NCBI GenBank assembly: GCA_002429315.1
Contig: DIZC01000104.1
Location: forward strand, 6,055 to 70,054
DNA: 64,000 bases
Source: Alphaproteobacteria bacterium UBA6038
GTDB taxonomy: Bacteria > Pseudomonadota > Alphaproteobacteria > Micropepsales > Micropepsaceae
Reading direction: 5' to 3'
The position numbers and the translations under genes are program-made. Below the pieces are notes generated by a model. That model had not been told where the DNA came from, did no database searches, and was given only the letters and a program-made list of their open reading frames with translations. Shown one piece after another: positions 1 to 10,624 of this stretch (the first letter of the stretch is position 1; each line of letters opens with the position of its first letter).

Positions 1-1229
1 CCGACCAGATCTTCGAGCAGGCGGCGAAGTTCGCGGGCTACGGCTTCAACAAGGGCCACGCCGCGGCTTACGCGCAGGTCGCGTATCAAACCGCGTACCT
101 CAAGGCGAACTATCCGGTCGAGTTCGTCGCCGCGTCGATGACGCTCGACATCGGCAATACCGACCGGCTGAACGTGTTCCGCCAGGAAGCGCAGCGCCTC
201 GGCATCCGCGTAGCCCCGCCGGACGTCAACCGCTCGGAGGCCTATTTCGCCTGCGATGCTGAAGCGGGCGTCATCTACTACGCGCTGGCCGCGGTGAAAG
301 GCGTCGGCAAGCAGGCGATGGAGCACGTGGTGGACGTGCGCCGCAGCGGCGGCCGGTTCGCGAGCCTCTCCGATTTCGCCCGCCGCGTGGACCCCAAGCT
401 CGTCAACCGCCGGGCCTTCGAAAGCCTCGTTCGCGCCGGTGCTTTCGATGCGCTGAATGCCAACCGCCGCCGTCTGGTGGAATCCGCCGACGCCATCTTG
501 AATCACGCCGCGCGCAGCACGCAGGACCGCGAAGCGGGGCAGGCGACCCTGTTCGGTGAAGCGGCGAGCGGCGCCGACGATCTGCGGCTGGCCAATGTCG
601 ACGACTGGCCGCCGCATGAGCGCCTGAGCGAAGAGTTCAATGCCATCGGCTTCTATCTTTCCGGCCATCCGCTCGACGGCTACCAGGCGGCGCTCAAGCG
701 CCTCGGCGCCGTCACCTTCGCCGCGCTGCAGGAGGACCGCCGCCGCTCCGGTTTTCGCGCGCAGATCGCCGGCACCATCATCCGCAAGCAGGAGCGCCGC
801 GGCCGCAGCGAGCAGCCTTACGCCTTCGTCTCACTGTCGGACACGACGGGCATGTTCGAAGTGATGGTGTTTTCGGAAGTGCTTTCCGCCGCGCGGCCAT
901 TCTTGGAACCGGGCAAATCGGTGCTGTTCACGATCGCGGCCGACTGGATCGATGACGAACTGAAGCTTCGCGCCATCGCGGCGCAGGACCTCGACAAGGC
1001 GGCGGCGGAAGCAGGCGAGGGGTTGCGTGTCTATCTCGAGGACGACCGCGCGCTCGGGCCCATAGCCATGCAGCTGAAGAACGGCGGCAAGGGCCTCGTC
1101 ACCCTGGTGGTGCCGGCGAGCGAAGGGCGCGAAGTGGAAATCAAGCTGCGCGATCGACAGCAGGTGAATGCCGCGTTGCGCGCCGCCATCAAATCGCTGC
1201 CGGGCGTCGCCGCGGTGGAGTCCGTGTGA
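1..1229 (+). CDS. dnaE: DNA polymerase III alpha subunit, 3' part (starts before window)
   Basis: Frame open from nt 3: FAGYGFNKGHAAAYAQVAYQTAYLKANYPVEF; LAAVKGVG HhH motif, IGFYLSGHPL, C-terminal OB fold. Confidence 0.97.
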   Translation, partial: DQIFEQAAKFAGYGFNKGHAAAYAQVAYQTAYLKANYPVEFVAASMTLDIGNTDRLNVFRQEAQRLGIRVAPPDVNRSEAYFACDAEAGVIYYALAAVKGVGKQAMEHVVDVRRSGGRFASLSDFARRVDPKLVNRRAFESLVRAGAFDALNANRRRLVESADAILNHAARSTQDREAGQATLFGEAASGADDLRLANVDDWPPHERLSEEFNAIGFYLSGHPLDGYQAALKRLGAVTFAALQEDRRRSGFRAQIAGTIIRKQERRGRSEQPYAFVSLSDTTGMFEVMVFSEVLSAARPFLEPGKSVLFTIAADWIDDELKLRAIAAQDLDKAAAEAGEGLRVYLEDDRALGPIAMQLKNGGKGLVTLVVPASEGREVEIKLRDRQQVNAALRAAIKSLPGVAAVESV

Positions 1230-1545
1230 GCGGAGCAGATATGAAATGCGCGAATCTTTTACATCGACTGCTTACAAGGGGCTCCGACCACAAGATGTAG
1301 CGACGAAGCACGAAGCGGCTCTGAAAAATCGCGAATCGTGCAATTCAAATCCGCAATAATGTTGCCGCGAATTGATAAACGGTTCTTTCTGCGGGCCGGT
1401 CCTGTTCTTACACCGAGCAAGTGAGCAGACTGGCCGCAAGATTAAATCGGCGTCACATGGGATCGAAGCAACCCATTGGCAGGCAACGAAAATAGTCATG
1501 CCCGCGTTGTGCGCCCGGAGTGGGCAGCGATGCGGAGGAGTGCTC

Positions 1546-2034
1546 ATGAAAATCTATGCAATCACAGGCGCCGGGCTCTTGGCGTGTGCGGCCGTAGTTG
1601 GAGCAGCGCAGGCTCAGGTGGCCTACACCGACAGCGCGCTCAATGGATGCTATGCCCATCACAGCACGAGCGTCGACACGGGGTCCGCTGCTGAAAACAG
1701 AGATGCCGTCGGCACGCTGTGTTTCGACGGCAACGGACACATTATCGCCGCTTCACATGCCCCGTATCTGTCCGGCGGCGTGGGCAATACCAACGGCAAT
1801 GTCCAGAGTCGCAACGACACTACCGGGAGATACTCGGTGACCAACTCGCCCGGCGACGGCATGGGAACCTTCGAAGGGAAGTGCACCAAGCACGCTTTTG
1901 TCCTGAAGAACGTGGACAGCAACGGATTGGCTCACGGCTTCCAGTACATTCTGCTGCGGCGAAAGAAGGGGTGTGCCGACAACGGCCCGACCGTCATAGG
2001 CGGCGGTGCAGAGTATCAAGGGCCGCTGAAGTAA
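1546..2034 (+). CDS. Secreted hypothetical protein, 162 aa
   Basis: GGAGGAG RBS at 1534-1540, ATG 1546; signal peptide MKIYAITGAGLLACAAVVGAAQA; four Cys in the mature part. Confidence 0.8.
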   Translation: MKIYAITGAGLLACAAVVGAAQAQVAYTDSALNGCYAHHSTSVDTGSAAENRDAVGTLCFDGNGHIIAASHAPYLSGGVGNTNGNVQSRNDTTGRYSVTNSPGDGMGTFEGKCTKHAFVLKNVDSNGLAHGFQYILLRRKKGCADNGPTVIGGGAEYQGPLK

Positions 2035-2049
2035 GCCCGGAGAGAAACC

Positions 2050-2081
2050 GTCCCGGAGCGGCCGAGCGGTTGCTCCGGGAC
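2050..2081. terminator. Hairpin between convergent genes, probable bidirectional terminator
   Basis: GTCCCGGAGC (2050-2059) and GCTCCGGGAC (2072-2081) form a perfect 10-bp inverted repeat, extendable with G-U pairs. Confidence 0.6.
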
Positions 2082-2087
2082 CGACAA

Positions 2088-3290
2088 CTACAGCGCTGCG
2101 ATTGCCGAGCCGAGGCGGTCGAGCCCCGTTTGCAGCAACTTCGGGTCCTGCGCGAAGCAGACGCGGATATAGGCGTCCGTTGCGAAATCCTCGGGCGGCG
2201 CAAATGCCGAACCCGGCGCTACGCCCACGCGGCCCTTGTGCACCAGATCGCAGGCGAAGCCGAAGCTGTCGGTCAATCCATCGACCTGCAGAAAGCCGTA
2301 GAACGCGCCTTCCGGCGGAATCCAGCGGATGCGGTTCTGCGCTTCGATGAAACGGCGCGTGATGTCGAATCCGTTGCGGCAACGCTCCAGCAGGAAGCTG
2401 CGGAATTCGTCGCCTTCCGGCGACAGCGCCGCAAGCGCGCCCCATTGCGCAAACGTCGTGGCGCCGGTGTTGTTCGCCATCGCCAGCACGTTCATCTGGT
2501 CGGCCAGGAATTCGGGATGCACCAGCCACCCGATCCGCCAGCCGGTCATCGCCCACGGTTTCGAGAAGCTGTTGACGACGAACACCGCGTCATCCGGCTC
2601 CGCAACCTGGAGAAACGACGGCGCATGCGGCGTGCCGTCATAGACGAGCGTGCCGTACACCTCGTCGCTGATGATGGCGATGCCGCGGCTCCGGCAGAAC
2701 TCCAGGATGGCGCGCTGCTCGTCGCGCGACAGGATCCAACCCGTGGGGTTGCCCGGCGAGGCGATGAAGATCGCCTTGGTGCGTCCATCGCAGGTGGCGA
2801 ACAGGGCTTCCAGATTGAGCCGCCAGCATGAGGCCGCCCAGTCTTCTTGCAACCGGCAGAATTTCACGTCGGCACCGACGATCTGCGCCGCCTGAAAGAT
2901 GTTCGGCCACACCGGCGAGATCGCGACGATATTGTCGCCGGTCTCCACCACACTTTGGAGGGCGATGACCACTGCCAACATCGCGGCACCGGGCACGGTG
3001 ATGCGGTCGAGCGCGATTTCGCAGGCCAATGTGCGGCGGTGGAACTCACGGATCGCCTCGCGCAACGGCGTGATGCCGCGGGCGTGAGTGTAGAAAGTGC
3101 GCCCCTCATCCAGTGCCCGCTTGGCAGCGTCGCAGATGAACTCCGGCGTCTTGAGATCGGTCTCGCCGAACCACAGCGGCAGCAGGTCGGGCTCCCCCAG
3201 CGCCAGCATGGCCACTTTGCCGATGCCGTTCGGCTCGATGTTGCGGATGCCGGGTCTGATCGGGGATTTCTGCCGCAGAATCTGGTTCAT
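2088..3290 (-). CDS. PLP-dependent aminotransferase class I/II (aspartate aminotransferase-like)
   Basis: [29 protein letters not shown] (PLP lysine), GAFY motifs; start taken at ATG 3290. Confidence 0.92.
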   Translation of the reverse strand: MNQILRQKSPIRPGIRNIEPNGIGKVAMLALGEPDLLPLWFGETDLKTPEFICDAAKRALDEGRTFYTHARGITPLREAIREFHRRTLACEIALDRITVPGAAMLAVVIALQSVVETGDNIVAISPVWPNIFQAAQIVGADVKFCRLQEDWAASCWRLNLEALFATCDGRTKAIFIASPGNPTGWILSRDEQRAILEFCRSRGIAIISDEVYGTLVYDGTPHAPSFLQVAEPDDAVFVVNSFSKPWAMTGWRIGWLVHPEFLADQMNVLAMANNTGATTFAQWGALAALSPEGDEFRSFLLERCRNGFDITRRFIEAQNRIRWIPPEGAFYGFLQVDGLTDSFGFACDLVHKGRVGVAPGSAFAPPEDFATDAYIRVCFAQDPKLLQTGLDRLGSAIAAL

Positions 3291-3350
3291 GGTCCGGGTT
3301 TCGGTCAGCACCTTGCGCGCGTCAAGCCGGCTCCCTATAACCCCTGTCAT

Positions 3351-3458
3351 TCCGCACGCGCAGGGTGGGTTCGTGGGGCGAGTTGCCTCATCCCCGTCCG
3401 GTGGCCGTCAAGGCTGATCCCCTCGCGTCAGGCTAACCGGAGAAGGAGACGTTCTCGT
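3351..3458 (+). promoter_or_regulatory. Probable rpsB 5' leader (S2 autoregulatory RNA)
   Basis: GC-rich structured UTR starting GCACGCGC...GGGU and ending GGCTAACCGGAGAAGGAG just before rpsB; assigned from position and general similarity only. Confidence 0.5.
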
Positions 3459-4247
3459 ATGGCATTGCCAGAATTTTCCATGCGTCAGCTGCTGGAAGCG
3501 GGCGCCCATTTCGGCCACCGCACCCAGCGCTGGAACCCCAAGATGGCGCCCTACATCTATGGTTCGCGCAACGACATCCACATCATCGACCTGACCCAGA
3601 CGGTGCCGCTGCTGCACCAGGCACTCGTTGCGCTGCGCGAAGTGGCCACCGGCGGCGGACGCATCCTGTTCGTCGGCACCAAGCGCCAGGCGTCCGAGCC
3701 GGTCGCCGCGGCCGCGAAGCGCTGCGCGCAATACTACGTGAACCATCGCTGGCTCGGCGGCACGCTCACCAACTGGCAGACCATCTCCAATTCCATCAAA
3801 CGGATGCGCGGGATCGAGGAGACGCTGAACTCGGCGCAAAGCTCCGGCCTCAAAAAGAAGGAGCTGCTGGGGCTGTTGCGCGAGCGCGACAAGCTCGATC
3901 GCGCGCTGGGCGGCATCAAGGAAATGGGCGGCCTGCCGAACATGCTGTTCGTGATCGACACGAACAAGGAGCAAATCGCGGTTTCGGAAGCGCGCAAGCT
4001 CGGCATCCCGGTGACGGCGATCGTGGATTCCAATTCCGATCCCGACGGCATCGCCTATCCGGTCCCCGGCAACGATGACGCCGCGCGTGCGCTGGCACTC
4101 TACTGCGATCTCGCCGCTCGCGCCATCATCGATGGATTGTCGGAAAGCCAGATCGCCGCCGGCGAAGATGTCGGCGAGGCGACCGTCCTGCCGGATCAGA
4201 GCGCCGCGGTTCCCGAAGTTGCCGAAGCCGCCGCCGCGCCGGTTTAA
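3459..4247 (+). CDS. rpsB: 30S ribosomal protein S2
   Basis: [47 protein letters not shown]; AAGGAG RBS. Confidence 0.98.
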   Translation: MALPEFSMRQLLEAGAHFGHRTQRWNPKMAPYIYGSRNDIHIIDLTQTVPLLHQALVALREVATGGGRILFVGTKRQASEPVAAAAKRCAQYYVNHRWLGGTLTNWQTISNSIKRMRGIEETLNSAQSSGLKKKELLGLLRERDKLDRALGGIKEMGGLPNMLFVIDTNKEQIAVSEARKLGIPVTAIVDSNSDPDGIAYPVPGNDDAARALALYCDLAARAIIDGLSESQIAAGEDVGEATVLPDQSAAVPEVAEAAAAPV

Positions 4248-4258
4248 GGGAACACGAC

Positions 4259-5194
4259 ATGGCGAACGTCACGGCCAATATGGTGAAGGACCTGCGCGAC
4301 AAGACCGGCGCCGGTATGATGGACTGCAAGTCGGCGCTGACCGAAACGAGCGGCGACATGGAGTCGGCGGTCGATTGGCTGCGCAAGAAAGGGCTCGCCA
4401 AAGCGGCGAAGAAGGCCGGCCGGGTCGCGGCCGAAGGTTTGATCGGCGTGGCGGCACGCCCGGACGCCGGCGCGCTGGTGGAAGTGAATTCGGAAACCGA
4501 TTTCGTCGCGCGCAACGATCAGTTCAAGGCGTTCGTGAAGGAAGCGAGCGAGCTCGGGCTGGAAGCCGAAGGCGATGTCGAGAAGCTGCTCGCCATGCCG
4601 ATGAGCAGCGGAGCGTCGGTGGATGCGGTGCTCAAGGAGCTGATCGCCCGGATCGGCGAGAACATGAGCGTGCGCCGCGCGACCGCTCTGGCGGTTTCGC
4701 CCGGCGTGGTCGCCACGTACGTGCACAACACTACCTCGCCGGAGCTCGGCAAGATTGGTGTCTTGGTGGGTCTGCGCTCGACCGCCGATCAGACCAAGCT
4801 TGCGGCGCTTGGCCGCCAGATCGCGATGCATGTCGCCGCCGCCGCGCCGCTGGCGCTGACGCCCGGGCATCTGCCGCAGGATGTGGTCGAGCGCGAGCGT
4901 GAGATTCAGCGCGACCTCGCCCGCCAATCCGGCAAGCCGGAGAACGTCATCGACAAGATGATCGAAGGCCGGATGCGCAAATTCTACGAGGACACGGTGC
5001 TCTTGGCGCAGAAATATCTGGGCCCGGGTTCGGACGGCGAAATCACGGTGGCTAAGCTGGTCGAGAACGCGTCGAAGGAACTGGGCGCGCCGATCGAGAT
5101 CATCGGCTTTGTCCGCTATGCGGTCGGCGAGGGGATCGACAAAGGACCCGGCGGCGATTTCGCCGATGAAGTGAAGCAGATGGCCGGGCACTGA
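4259..5194 (+). CDS. tsf: Elongation factor Ts
   Basis: VKDLRDKTGAGMMDCK, EVNSETDFVARN; follows rpsB. Confidence 0.98.
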   Translation: MANVTANMVKDLRDKTGAGMMDCKSALTETSGDMESAVDWLRKKGLAKAAKKAGRVAAEGLIGVAARPDAGALVEVNSETDFVARNDQFKAFVKEASELGLEAEGDVEKLLAMPMSSGASVDAVLKELIARIGENMSVRRATALAVSPGVVATYVHNTTSPELGKIGVLVGLRSTADQTKLAALGRQIAMHVAAAAPLALTPGHLPQDVVEREREIQRDLARQSGKPENVIDKMIEGRMRKFYEDTVLLAQKYLGPGSDGEITVAKLVENASKELGAPIEIIGFVRYAVGEGIDKGPGGDFADEVKQMAGH

Positions 5195-5212
5195 GGTCGG
5201 CGGAGAACAGGA

Positions 5213-5941
5213 ATGGCCAGCGCCCCGCCAAAGTTCTCCCGTATTCTCCTGAAGATTTCCGGCGAAGCCTTGATGGGCTCGGCAAGCTACGGCATTGACA
5301 TCGACACCGTCGAGCACATCGCCACGGACGTGGCGGATGCCGTTCGCGGCGGGACGCAGATCTGTCTGGTCATCGGCGGTGGTAACATCTTCCGCGGGCT
5401 TGCCGGTGCCGCCAAGGGGATCGAGCGCGCCACCGCCGACTATATCGGTATGCTGGCCACCGTGATGAATGCGCTCGCGGTGCAGGCGGTGCTCGAGCGA
5501 ATGGAGATTGCCACCCGCGTGCAGTCTGCAATTCCCATGGAGACGGTCTGCGAACCCTATATTCGCCGCCGCGCCATCCGGCACATGGAGAAGGGCCGCG
5601 TGGTGATCTTCGCCGCGGGCACCGGCAATCCCTTCTTCACCACCGACACCGCCGCCGCTCTGCGGGCGGTCGAAATGAACTGCCAGGCGATGCTCAAGGG
5701 TACCCAGGTGGACGGCGTCTATAGCGCCGATCCCAAGAAAGTTCCGACCGCCGAGCGGTACGAATCGCTGAGCTATCATGAGGTCTTGGCGCGGGATCTT
5801 AAGGTGATGGATGCATCGGCGGTCAGCCTTGCCCGCGAAAACCGGATTCCAATTGTTGTCTTCTCGATCCATGATCGGGGCGCCTTGCCGGCCGTGCTTT
5901 CCGGGCGCGGCCGTTGCACCGTGATAGAAGAACGGCGTTAG
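5213..5941 (+). CDS. pyrH: UMP kinase
   Basis: [34 protein letters not shown]. Confidence 0.98.
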   Translation: MASAPPKFSRILLKISGEALMGSASYGIDIDTVEHIATDVADAVRGGTQICLVIGGGNIFRGLAGAAKGIERATADYIGMLATVMNALAVQAVLERMEIATRVQSAIPMETVCEPYIRRRAIRHMEKGRVVIFAAGTGNPFFTTDTAAALRAVEMNCQAMLKGTQVDGVYSADPKKVPTAERYESLSYHEVLARDLKVMDASAVSLARENRIPIVVFSIHDRGALPAVLSGRGRCTVIEERR

Positions 5942-5956
5942 GCTTTCGGAGGAGCC

Positions 5957-6514
5957 ATGGACAGCTACAGCAAGGACGAGTTGAACCGCCGAATGAACGG
6001 GGCGGTCGCCGCGCTCAAGGCGGAGCTCGCCGGCCTGCGAACCGGGCGCGCAAGCCCAGCGCTGCTGGATCCCGTGAAGGTGGAGGCCTACGGCAACCCC
6101 ATGCCCATAGGCCAGCTCGGCACGGTCAGCACGCCGGAACCGCGTCTTCTGACGGTGCAGGTATGGGATCGGGGGCTGGTGAAAGCGGTGGACAAGGCGA
6201 TCCGCGATGCCGGTTTGGGTGTCAATCCCCAGATCGACGGCCAACTCCTGCGAATTCCCATCCCCGAGCTCAATGAGGAACGCCGGAAGGATTTGGTAAA
6301 GCTGGCCCACAAATATACCGAGCAGGGCCGCGTCGCCGTCCGGAACATTCGTCGCGACGGCATGGAAGCCCTCAAAAAAGCCGAAAAGGATCACAAGATC
6401 AGCCAGGACGATCACCGCAAGCACGGCGACGAGCTCCAGAAGCTGACCGATTCGCACATCCACGACATCGATCAGGCGCTCCATCAAAAGGAGCAGGAGA
6501 TCATGCAGGTTTGA
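5957..6514 (+). CDS. frr: Ribosome recycling factor
   Basis: [32 protein letters not shown]. Confidence 0.98.
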   Translation: MDSYSKDELNRRMNGAVAALKAELAGLRTGRASPALLDPVKVEAYGNPMPIGQLGTVSTPEPRLLTVQVWDRGLVKAVDKAIRDAGLGVNPQIDGQLLRIPIPELNEERRKDLVKLAHKYTEQGRVAVRNIRRDGMEALKKAEKDHKISQDDHRKHGDELQKLTDSHIHDIDQALHQKEQEIMQV

Positions 6515-6547
6515 GTGCGCCGCGGTCGGGCGCGAATTGAGTGTGAG

Positions 6548-7288
6548 ATGCCGAGAAGCAATGTCTCGATTGCCGACCTGCCGCGCCATGTTGCGATCAT
6601 CATGGACGGAAACGGCCGCTGGGCGCGCAAGCGGCATCTGCCGCGCGCCGCCGGCCACGTCGCCGGCGTATCCGCGGTTCGCAGCATCGTTCGCGCCGCG
6701 ATCGACGTCGGGCTTGAAAACCTGACGCTCTACGCGTTTTCGTCCGAGAACTGGAAGCGACCACAGCTGGAGGTCAACCACCTCATGGGGCTGTTCCGCT
6801 CGTATTTTCGCGAGGACGTGGACGAACTCGTTGAGCGCAATGTGCGCATGCGAATCATCGGCAATCGCTCTCGCGCGGCGCCGGACATTCTGGTGATGAT
6901 CGAGGACGGCGAAGCGCGAACCGCGCGGAACACGGGGCTAAACCTGACCTTCGCCTTCGATTACGGTGCTCAGGAGGAAATCGCGGCGGCAGCGCGCAAT
7001 ATGGCTCTCGCCGCCGCGCGCGGGCAACTCGATCCGTCGAACATCACGCCGGAGTTCTTCGCGCTGCATCTATCCACCCGCGATCTCCCGGATCCGGACC
7101 TCATTGTGCGCACCGGAGGCGAGCGGCGTCTGAGCAATTTCCTCCTGTGGCAATCGGCCTATGCCGAACTCGCTTTCCTCGACACGCTATGGCCGGACTT
7201 CTCGCGCGCCGAATTCATCGACACGGTGACGGCCTATGCCCAAAGGGAGCGACGCTTCGGCGCTGTCGCGCCGGAGGCCGTGGCATGA
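6548..7288 (+). CDS. uppS: Undecaprenyl diphosphate synthase
   Basis: HVAIIMDGNGRWA, YAFSSENWKRP, RTGGERRLSNFLLWQ. Confidence 0.97.
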   Translation: MPRSNVSIADLPRHVAIIMDGNGRWARKRHLPRAAGHVAGVSAVRSIVRAAIDVGLENLTLYAFSSENWKRPQLEVNHLMGLFRSYFREDVDELVERNVRMRIIGNRSRAAPDILVMIEDGEARTARNTGLNLTFAFDYGAQEEIAAAARNMALAAARGQLDPSNITPEFFALHLSTRDLPDPDLIVRTGGERRLSNFLLWQSAYAELAFLDTLWPDFSRAEFIDTVTAYAQRERRFGAVAPEAVA

Positions 7289-8196
7289 GCAGCATGCCGG
7301 ATGTCGCACGGACGCGGCGTGCTCCGCCCGATCGCGGGCAGGGCGATGCCTGGCGCGAGCGCTTCAAATTCAACATGGACTGGATCACGCGGCCGCTGTT
7401 CGGTTTCCTGCTCGCGGGAATTGCCGTCGGCGCGACAATCTTGGGCGGCCTCGCCTTCGTCGTGTTTCTGTCGCTCGGCTGCGCCGCCGCGATCCGGGAA
7501 TGGCACCGGCTGTTTGCCAAGCGCGACTTCCTGCTCCCGACCGCCATCACGGTGCTCACGATGGTCGCCGCGCTTTGGTGGCAGCTGTATTTCGCACCGG
7601 CGGGAGGCCCGGCAGCACACCTCGGCGTAGTCGCGATCCTGCTCATCGGATGTTTGTGCAATCTGCTCGTGGGCGCCTGGCGCCGTGAAGCGCCGTTGGC
7701 GCACGCGGCCGGTCCTCTGTACATCGCCCTTCCGGCCTTGTCGCTTTTGATATTGCGGCAATCGCCGGAGCATCCTGTGTGGCTGGTGTTGATGGTGTTC
7801 CTGGCGGTGTGGGCGACGGACACCGGCGCGCTCTTCAGCGGAAACCTGATCGGCGGGCCCAAGCTTGCGCCGACGCTGTCGCCCAACAAAACTTGGGCGG
7901 GGTTCTTCGGCGGCACGGCGTGCGCGGCCGTGATCACGGGCGCGGTCGCCGCGGCGCTGAAAACGGACATACCGGTTGCAGCGATGTTCGGCGTTGCGCT
8001 CGCGCTGGCGGGACACGCCGGCGACCTGTTCGAATCGATGATCAAGCGCCGCGTGGGCCGAAAGGACAGCGGCGGGCTGATACCTGGTCATGGCGGGGTG
8101 CTCGACCGGATCGATTCGATTCTGTTCGCCGCACCGGCCGCGGCCGTATTGGTGCTTGTCTTTGCTCTCGATCCGCTTGCAGGGTATCGGCCGTGA
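7285..8196 (+). CDS. cdsA: Phosphatidate cytidylyltransferase
   Basis: Multi-TM; SPNKTWAG, GDLFESMIKR, KDSGGLIPGHGGVLDRIDS; ATGA overlap with uppS stop. Confidence 0.96.
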   Translation: MSSMPDVARTRRAPPDRGQGDAWRERFKFNMDWITRPLFGFLLAGIAVGATILGGLAFVVFLSLGCAAAIREWHRLFAKRDFLLPTAITVLTMVAALWWQLYFAPAGGPAAHLGVVAILLIGCLCNLLVGAWRREAPLAHAAGPLYIALPALSLLILRQSPEHPVWLVLMVFLAVWATDTGALFSGNLIGGPKLAPTLSPNKTWAGFFGGTACAAVITGAVAAALKTDIPVAAMFGVALALAGHAGDLFESMIKRRVGRKDSGGLIPGHGGVLDRIDSILFAAPAAAVLVLVFALDPLAGYRP

Positions 8197-9398
8197 ATTT
8201 GTCCGACCTGAAACACGTCCTGTGGCGCCGCCTGACTGTCCTCGGCAGCACCGGCTCCATCGGCGTGAGCACCCTAAGCGTCGTCGATTACGCCCGGACG
8301 CAGTTCGACGAGCAGGCATTCCCCATCGAGGCGCTGACCGCGCAAAGCAACGTCGACGCGCTGGCGGCGCAAGCGAGACGGTTTCGCCCGGCAAGAGCGG
8401 TGATCGGCGATGCGTTGCTCTACGGTCGACTTCGCGATCTGCTGGCTGGGACCGGCATCGAAGTCGCAGCCGGCGATAAAGCTATCGTGGACGCCGCCGC
8501 GGAGCCCGCCGATGTGACGATGGTTGCGATCGTTGGCGCGGCCGGACTCGCGCCGGCGCTGGCGGCTGTCCGGCGCGGCGGATTGATTGCGCTGGCCAAC
8601 AAGGAGTGCGTCGTCGCCGCGGGACACGTGTTTCTGGAGGCGATGCGGTCCTCGCGCGCCATGATCATTCCGGTGGATTCGGAGCACAACGCCGCGTTCC
8701 AGGTGCTCGACTTCGCGCAGGAGCACGCCGTGGAGCGAGTCACCTTGACGGCGTCCGGTGGGCCCTTCCGCAGCTGGCCCATGGAACGCATGGCGCGTGC
8801 CACGCCCGAGCAGGCGGTGGCGCATCCGAACTGGTCGATGGGCGCCAAGATTTCGGTCGACAGCGCGACGCTGATGAACAAGGGCCTGGAGTTGATTGAG
8901 GCGCATCATCTGTTCGGGCTCCCCGCCGATCGCCTCGATGTGATCGTCCATCCCCAATCGATCGTGCACTGCCTGATCTATTATGCGGACGGCTCTATTC
9001 TGGCGCATCTTTCGGCACCGGATATGCGAACGCCAATCGCCGTTGCGCTCGCCTGGCCGCGGCGGATGACTTCTCCGTCGCAGCGGCTCGATCTCGCCGC
9101 CGTCGGCGGCTTGAGCTTCGAAGCCGCGGACCGGCAGAGGTTTCCGTGTCTGGCGCTCGCGGAAGATTGCTTGCGGGCGGGCGGGGCAGCTCCTACCGTT
9201 CTGAACGCGGCCAATGAAATCGCGGTGCAGGCGTTCCTCCATGGCCAGATCGGGTTCATGGACATTTGCGGCGTGGCTGAGCAGACGCTTGCGCATTTGC
9301 AGCCGCAACGACCGGGCCGGGATCTGGAATCGGTTCTTGCCATAGACGCAGACGCGCGCCGGGCTGCGAGCACCGCAATTTTGCGGCTCGCGGCATAA
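8193..9398 (+). CDS. dxr: 1-deoxy-D-xylulose-5-phosphate reductoisomerase
   Basis: LGSTGSIG, LANKE, PVDSEH, HPNWSMGAKISVDSATLMNKGLE; GTGA overlap with cdsA stop. Confidence 0.97.
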   Translation: MNLSDLKHVLWRRLTVLGSTGSIGVSTLSVVDYARTQFDEQAFPIEALTAQSNVDALAAQARRFRPARAVIGDALLYGRLRDLLAGTGIEVAAGDKAIVDAAAEPADVTMVAIVGAAGLAPALAAVRRGGLIALANKECVVAAGHVFLEAMRSSRAMIIPVDSEHNAAFQVLDFAQEHAVERVTLTASGGPFRSWPMERMARATPEQAVAHPNWSMGAKISVDSATLMNKGLELIEAHHLFGLPADRLDVIVHPQSIVHCLIYYADGSILAHLSAPDMRTPIAVALAWPRRMTSPSQRLDLAAVGGLSFEAADRQRFPCLALAEDCLRAGGAAPTVLNAANEIAVQAFLHGQIGFMDICGVAEQTLAHLQPQRPGRDLESVLAIDADARRAASTAILRLAA

Positions 9399-9419
9399 AC
9401 CTGACCCTCAGGAGAAAGA

Positions 9420-10574
9420 ATGCTGACAGCATTGCAAGGAATTCTGGGCTGGGTGCCGCTGGGATTGCCGGCCTTCCTGTTCGTCATCACCATCGTCGTG
9501 TTCTTTCACGAGCTGGGGCACTTCGGCGTGGCCCGGTTCTTTGGGGTTCAGGTGGAGGCCTTCTCGATCGGCTTCGGTCCGGCCATCGTGAAGTGGCGCG
9601 ACCGCAAGGGCACGATGTGGAAGATTTCGTGGATTCCGCTCGGCGGGTACGTGAAGTTCCTTGGTGACCTGGACGGCACGAGCGCGCCGGATCACGAAGG
9701 ATTGCAGGCGATGTCAGCGGAGCAGCGCCGCGACGCATTTGCCTTCAAACCATTGTACCAGCGCGCCCTCGTCGTGCTGGCGGGACCCGCCGCCAATTTT
9801 GTCTTGGCGATCGTCATCTTCGCGGCCTTGTTTGCAACGGTGGGACGGCAGGAGCTTTCCACGCAAAAGCTTTCTGCCCGGATCGGTGCCGTCACGGCGG
9901 GAAGTCCGGCGGCCGCGGCCGGTCTGAAGCCGGGAGATCTCGTCCGGGCCGTCGGAACCGCGCCCGTCAGCAGGTTCGAGCAGCTCCAGAAGGCGATCAA
10001 GGCCAGTCGCGGCAAGCCGTTGGTTCTGAGCGTATCGCGCAAGGGAGAGCCGGTGACGCTGCGCGTCACGCCCAAATGGATCCAGGTTCCCGACATCTAC
10101 GGAAGCCAGTCGAAGCTTTTCGGGATCGGTATCTCGCCTGCGGTCGATCCCTCGAGTATTTCGCTCGTTCGGCTGGGGCCGATCGATGCTGTCGGCGCCG
10201 CCGGTGCTCAGACCTGGTTCATTGTCGACACGACGCTCACCTACATGTGGCGAATCGTTAGCGGCCGCTCGAGTGCGGCTGAGCTGAGCGGGCCGATCGG
10301 GATCGCCCGAATTTCCCAAAAGGCAGCCTCGCTGGGCCTCCTTACCCTTCTCGGTCTGGCAGCTCTCATTTCTGTAAGCATTGGACTTCTCAATCTTTTT
10401 CCGATTCCCATCCTCGACGGCGGCCATCTTCTGTACTATGGATGCGAGGCAGTGTTGGGCCGGCCGCTCGGGGCGCGGGCTCAAGAACTCGGGTTTCGGC
10501 TAGGGTTGGCGGTGGTGCTGGGGCTGTTCATTTTGGCGACCTGGAACGACCTCGTCCGGCCGAACCTGTTCTGA
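9420..10574 (+). CDS. rseP: RIP metalloprotease RseP
   Basis: HELGH zinc motif, PLGGYV, PDZ domain, NLFPIPILDGGH. Confidence 0.97.
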   Translation: MLTALQGILGWVPLGLPAFLFVITIVVFFHELGHFGVARFFGVQVEAFSIGFGPAIVKWRDRKGTMWKISWIPLGGYVKFLGDLDGTSAPDHEGLQAMSAEQRRDAFAFKPLYQRALVVLAGPAANFVLAIVIFAALFATVGRQELSTQKLSARIGAVTAGSPAAAAGLKPGDLVRAVGTAPVSRFEQLQKAIKASRGKPLVLSVSRKGEPVTLRVTPKWIQVPDIYGSQSKLFGIGISPAVDPSSISLVRLGPIDAVGAAGAQTWFIVDTTLTYMWRIVSGRSSAAELSGPIGIARISQKAASLGLLTLLGLAALISVSIGLLNLFPIPILDGGHLLYYGCEAVLGRPLGARAQELGFRLGLAVVLGLFILATWNDLVRPNLF

Positions 10575-10624
10575 ACCCTTTTGCGCGCATGCAACGGCAC
10601 GCGCCGCGAGCCTGAGACGAGCGG

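Noticed and set aside
2847-3458. N-terminal extension of RpsB given by the ORF track
   Set aside because: It overlaps the aminotransferase on the other strand; the real start with RBS is 3459. The same applies to track extensions of dxr, cdsA, gatA, tpiA, ruvX and the ligase.
4244-6781. 845-aa minus-strand ORF
   Set aside because: Antisense shadow of tsf-pyrH-frr-uppS; long shadow ORFs are expected at this GC content and it has no motifs.
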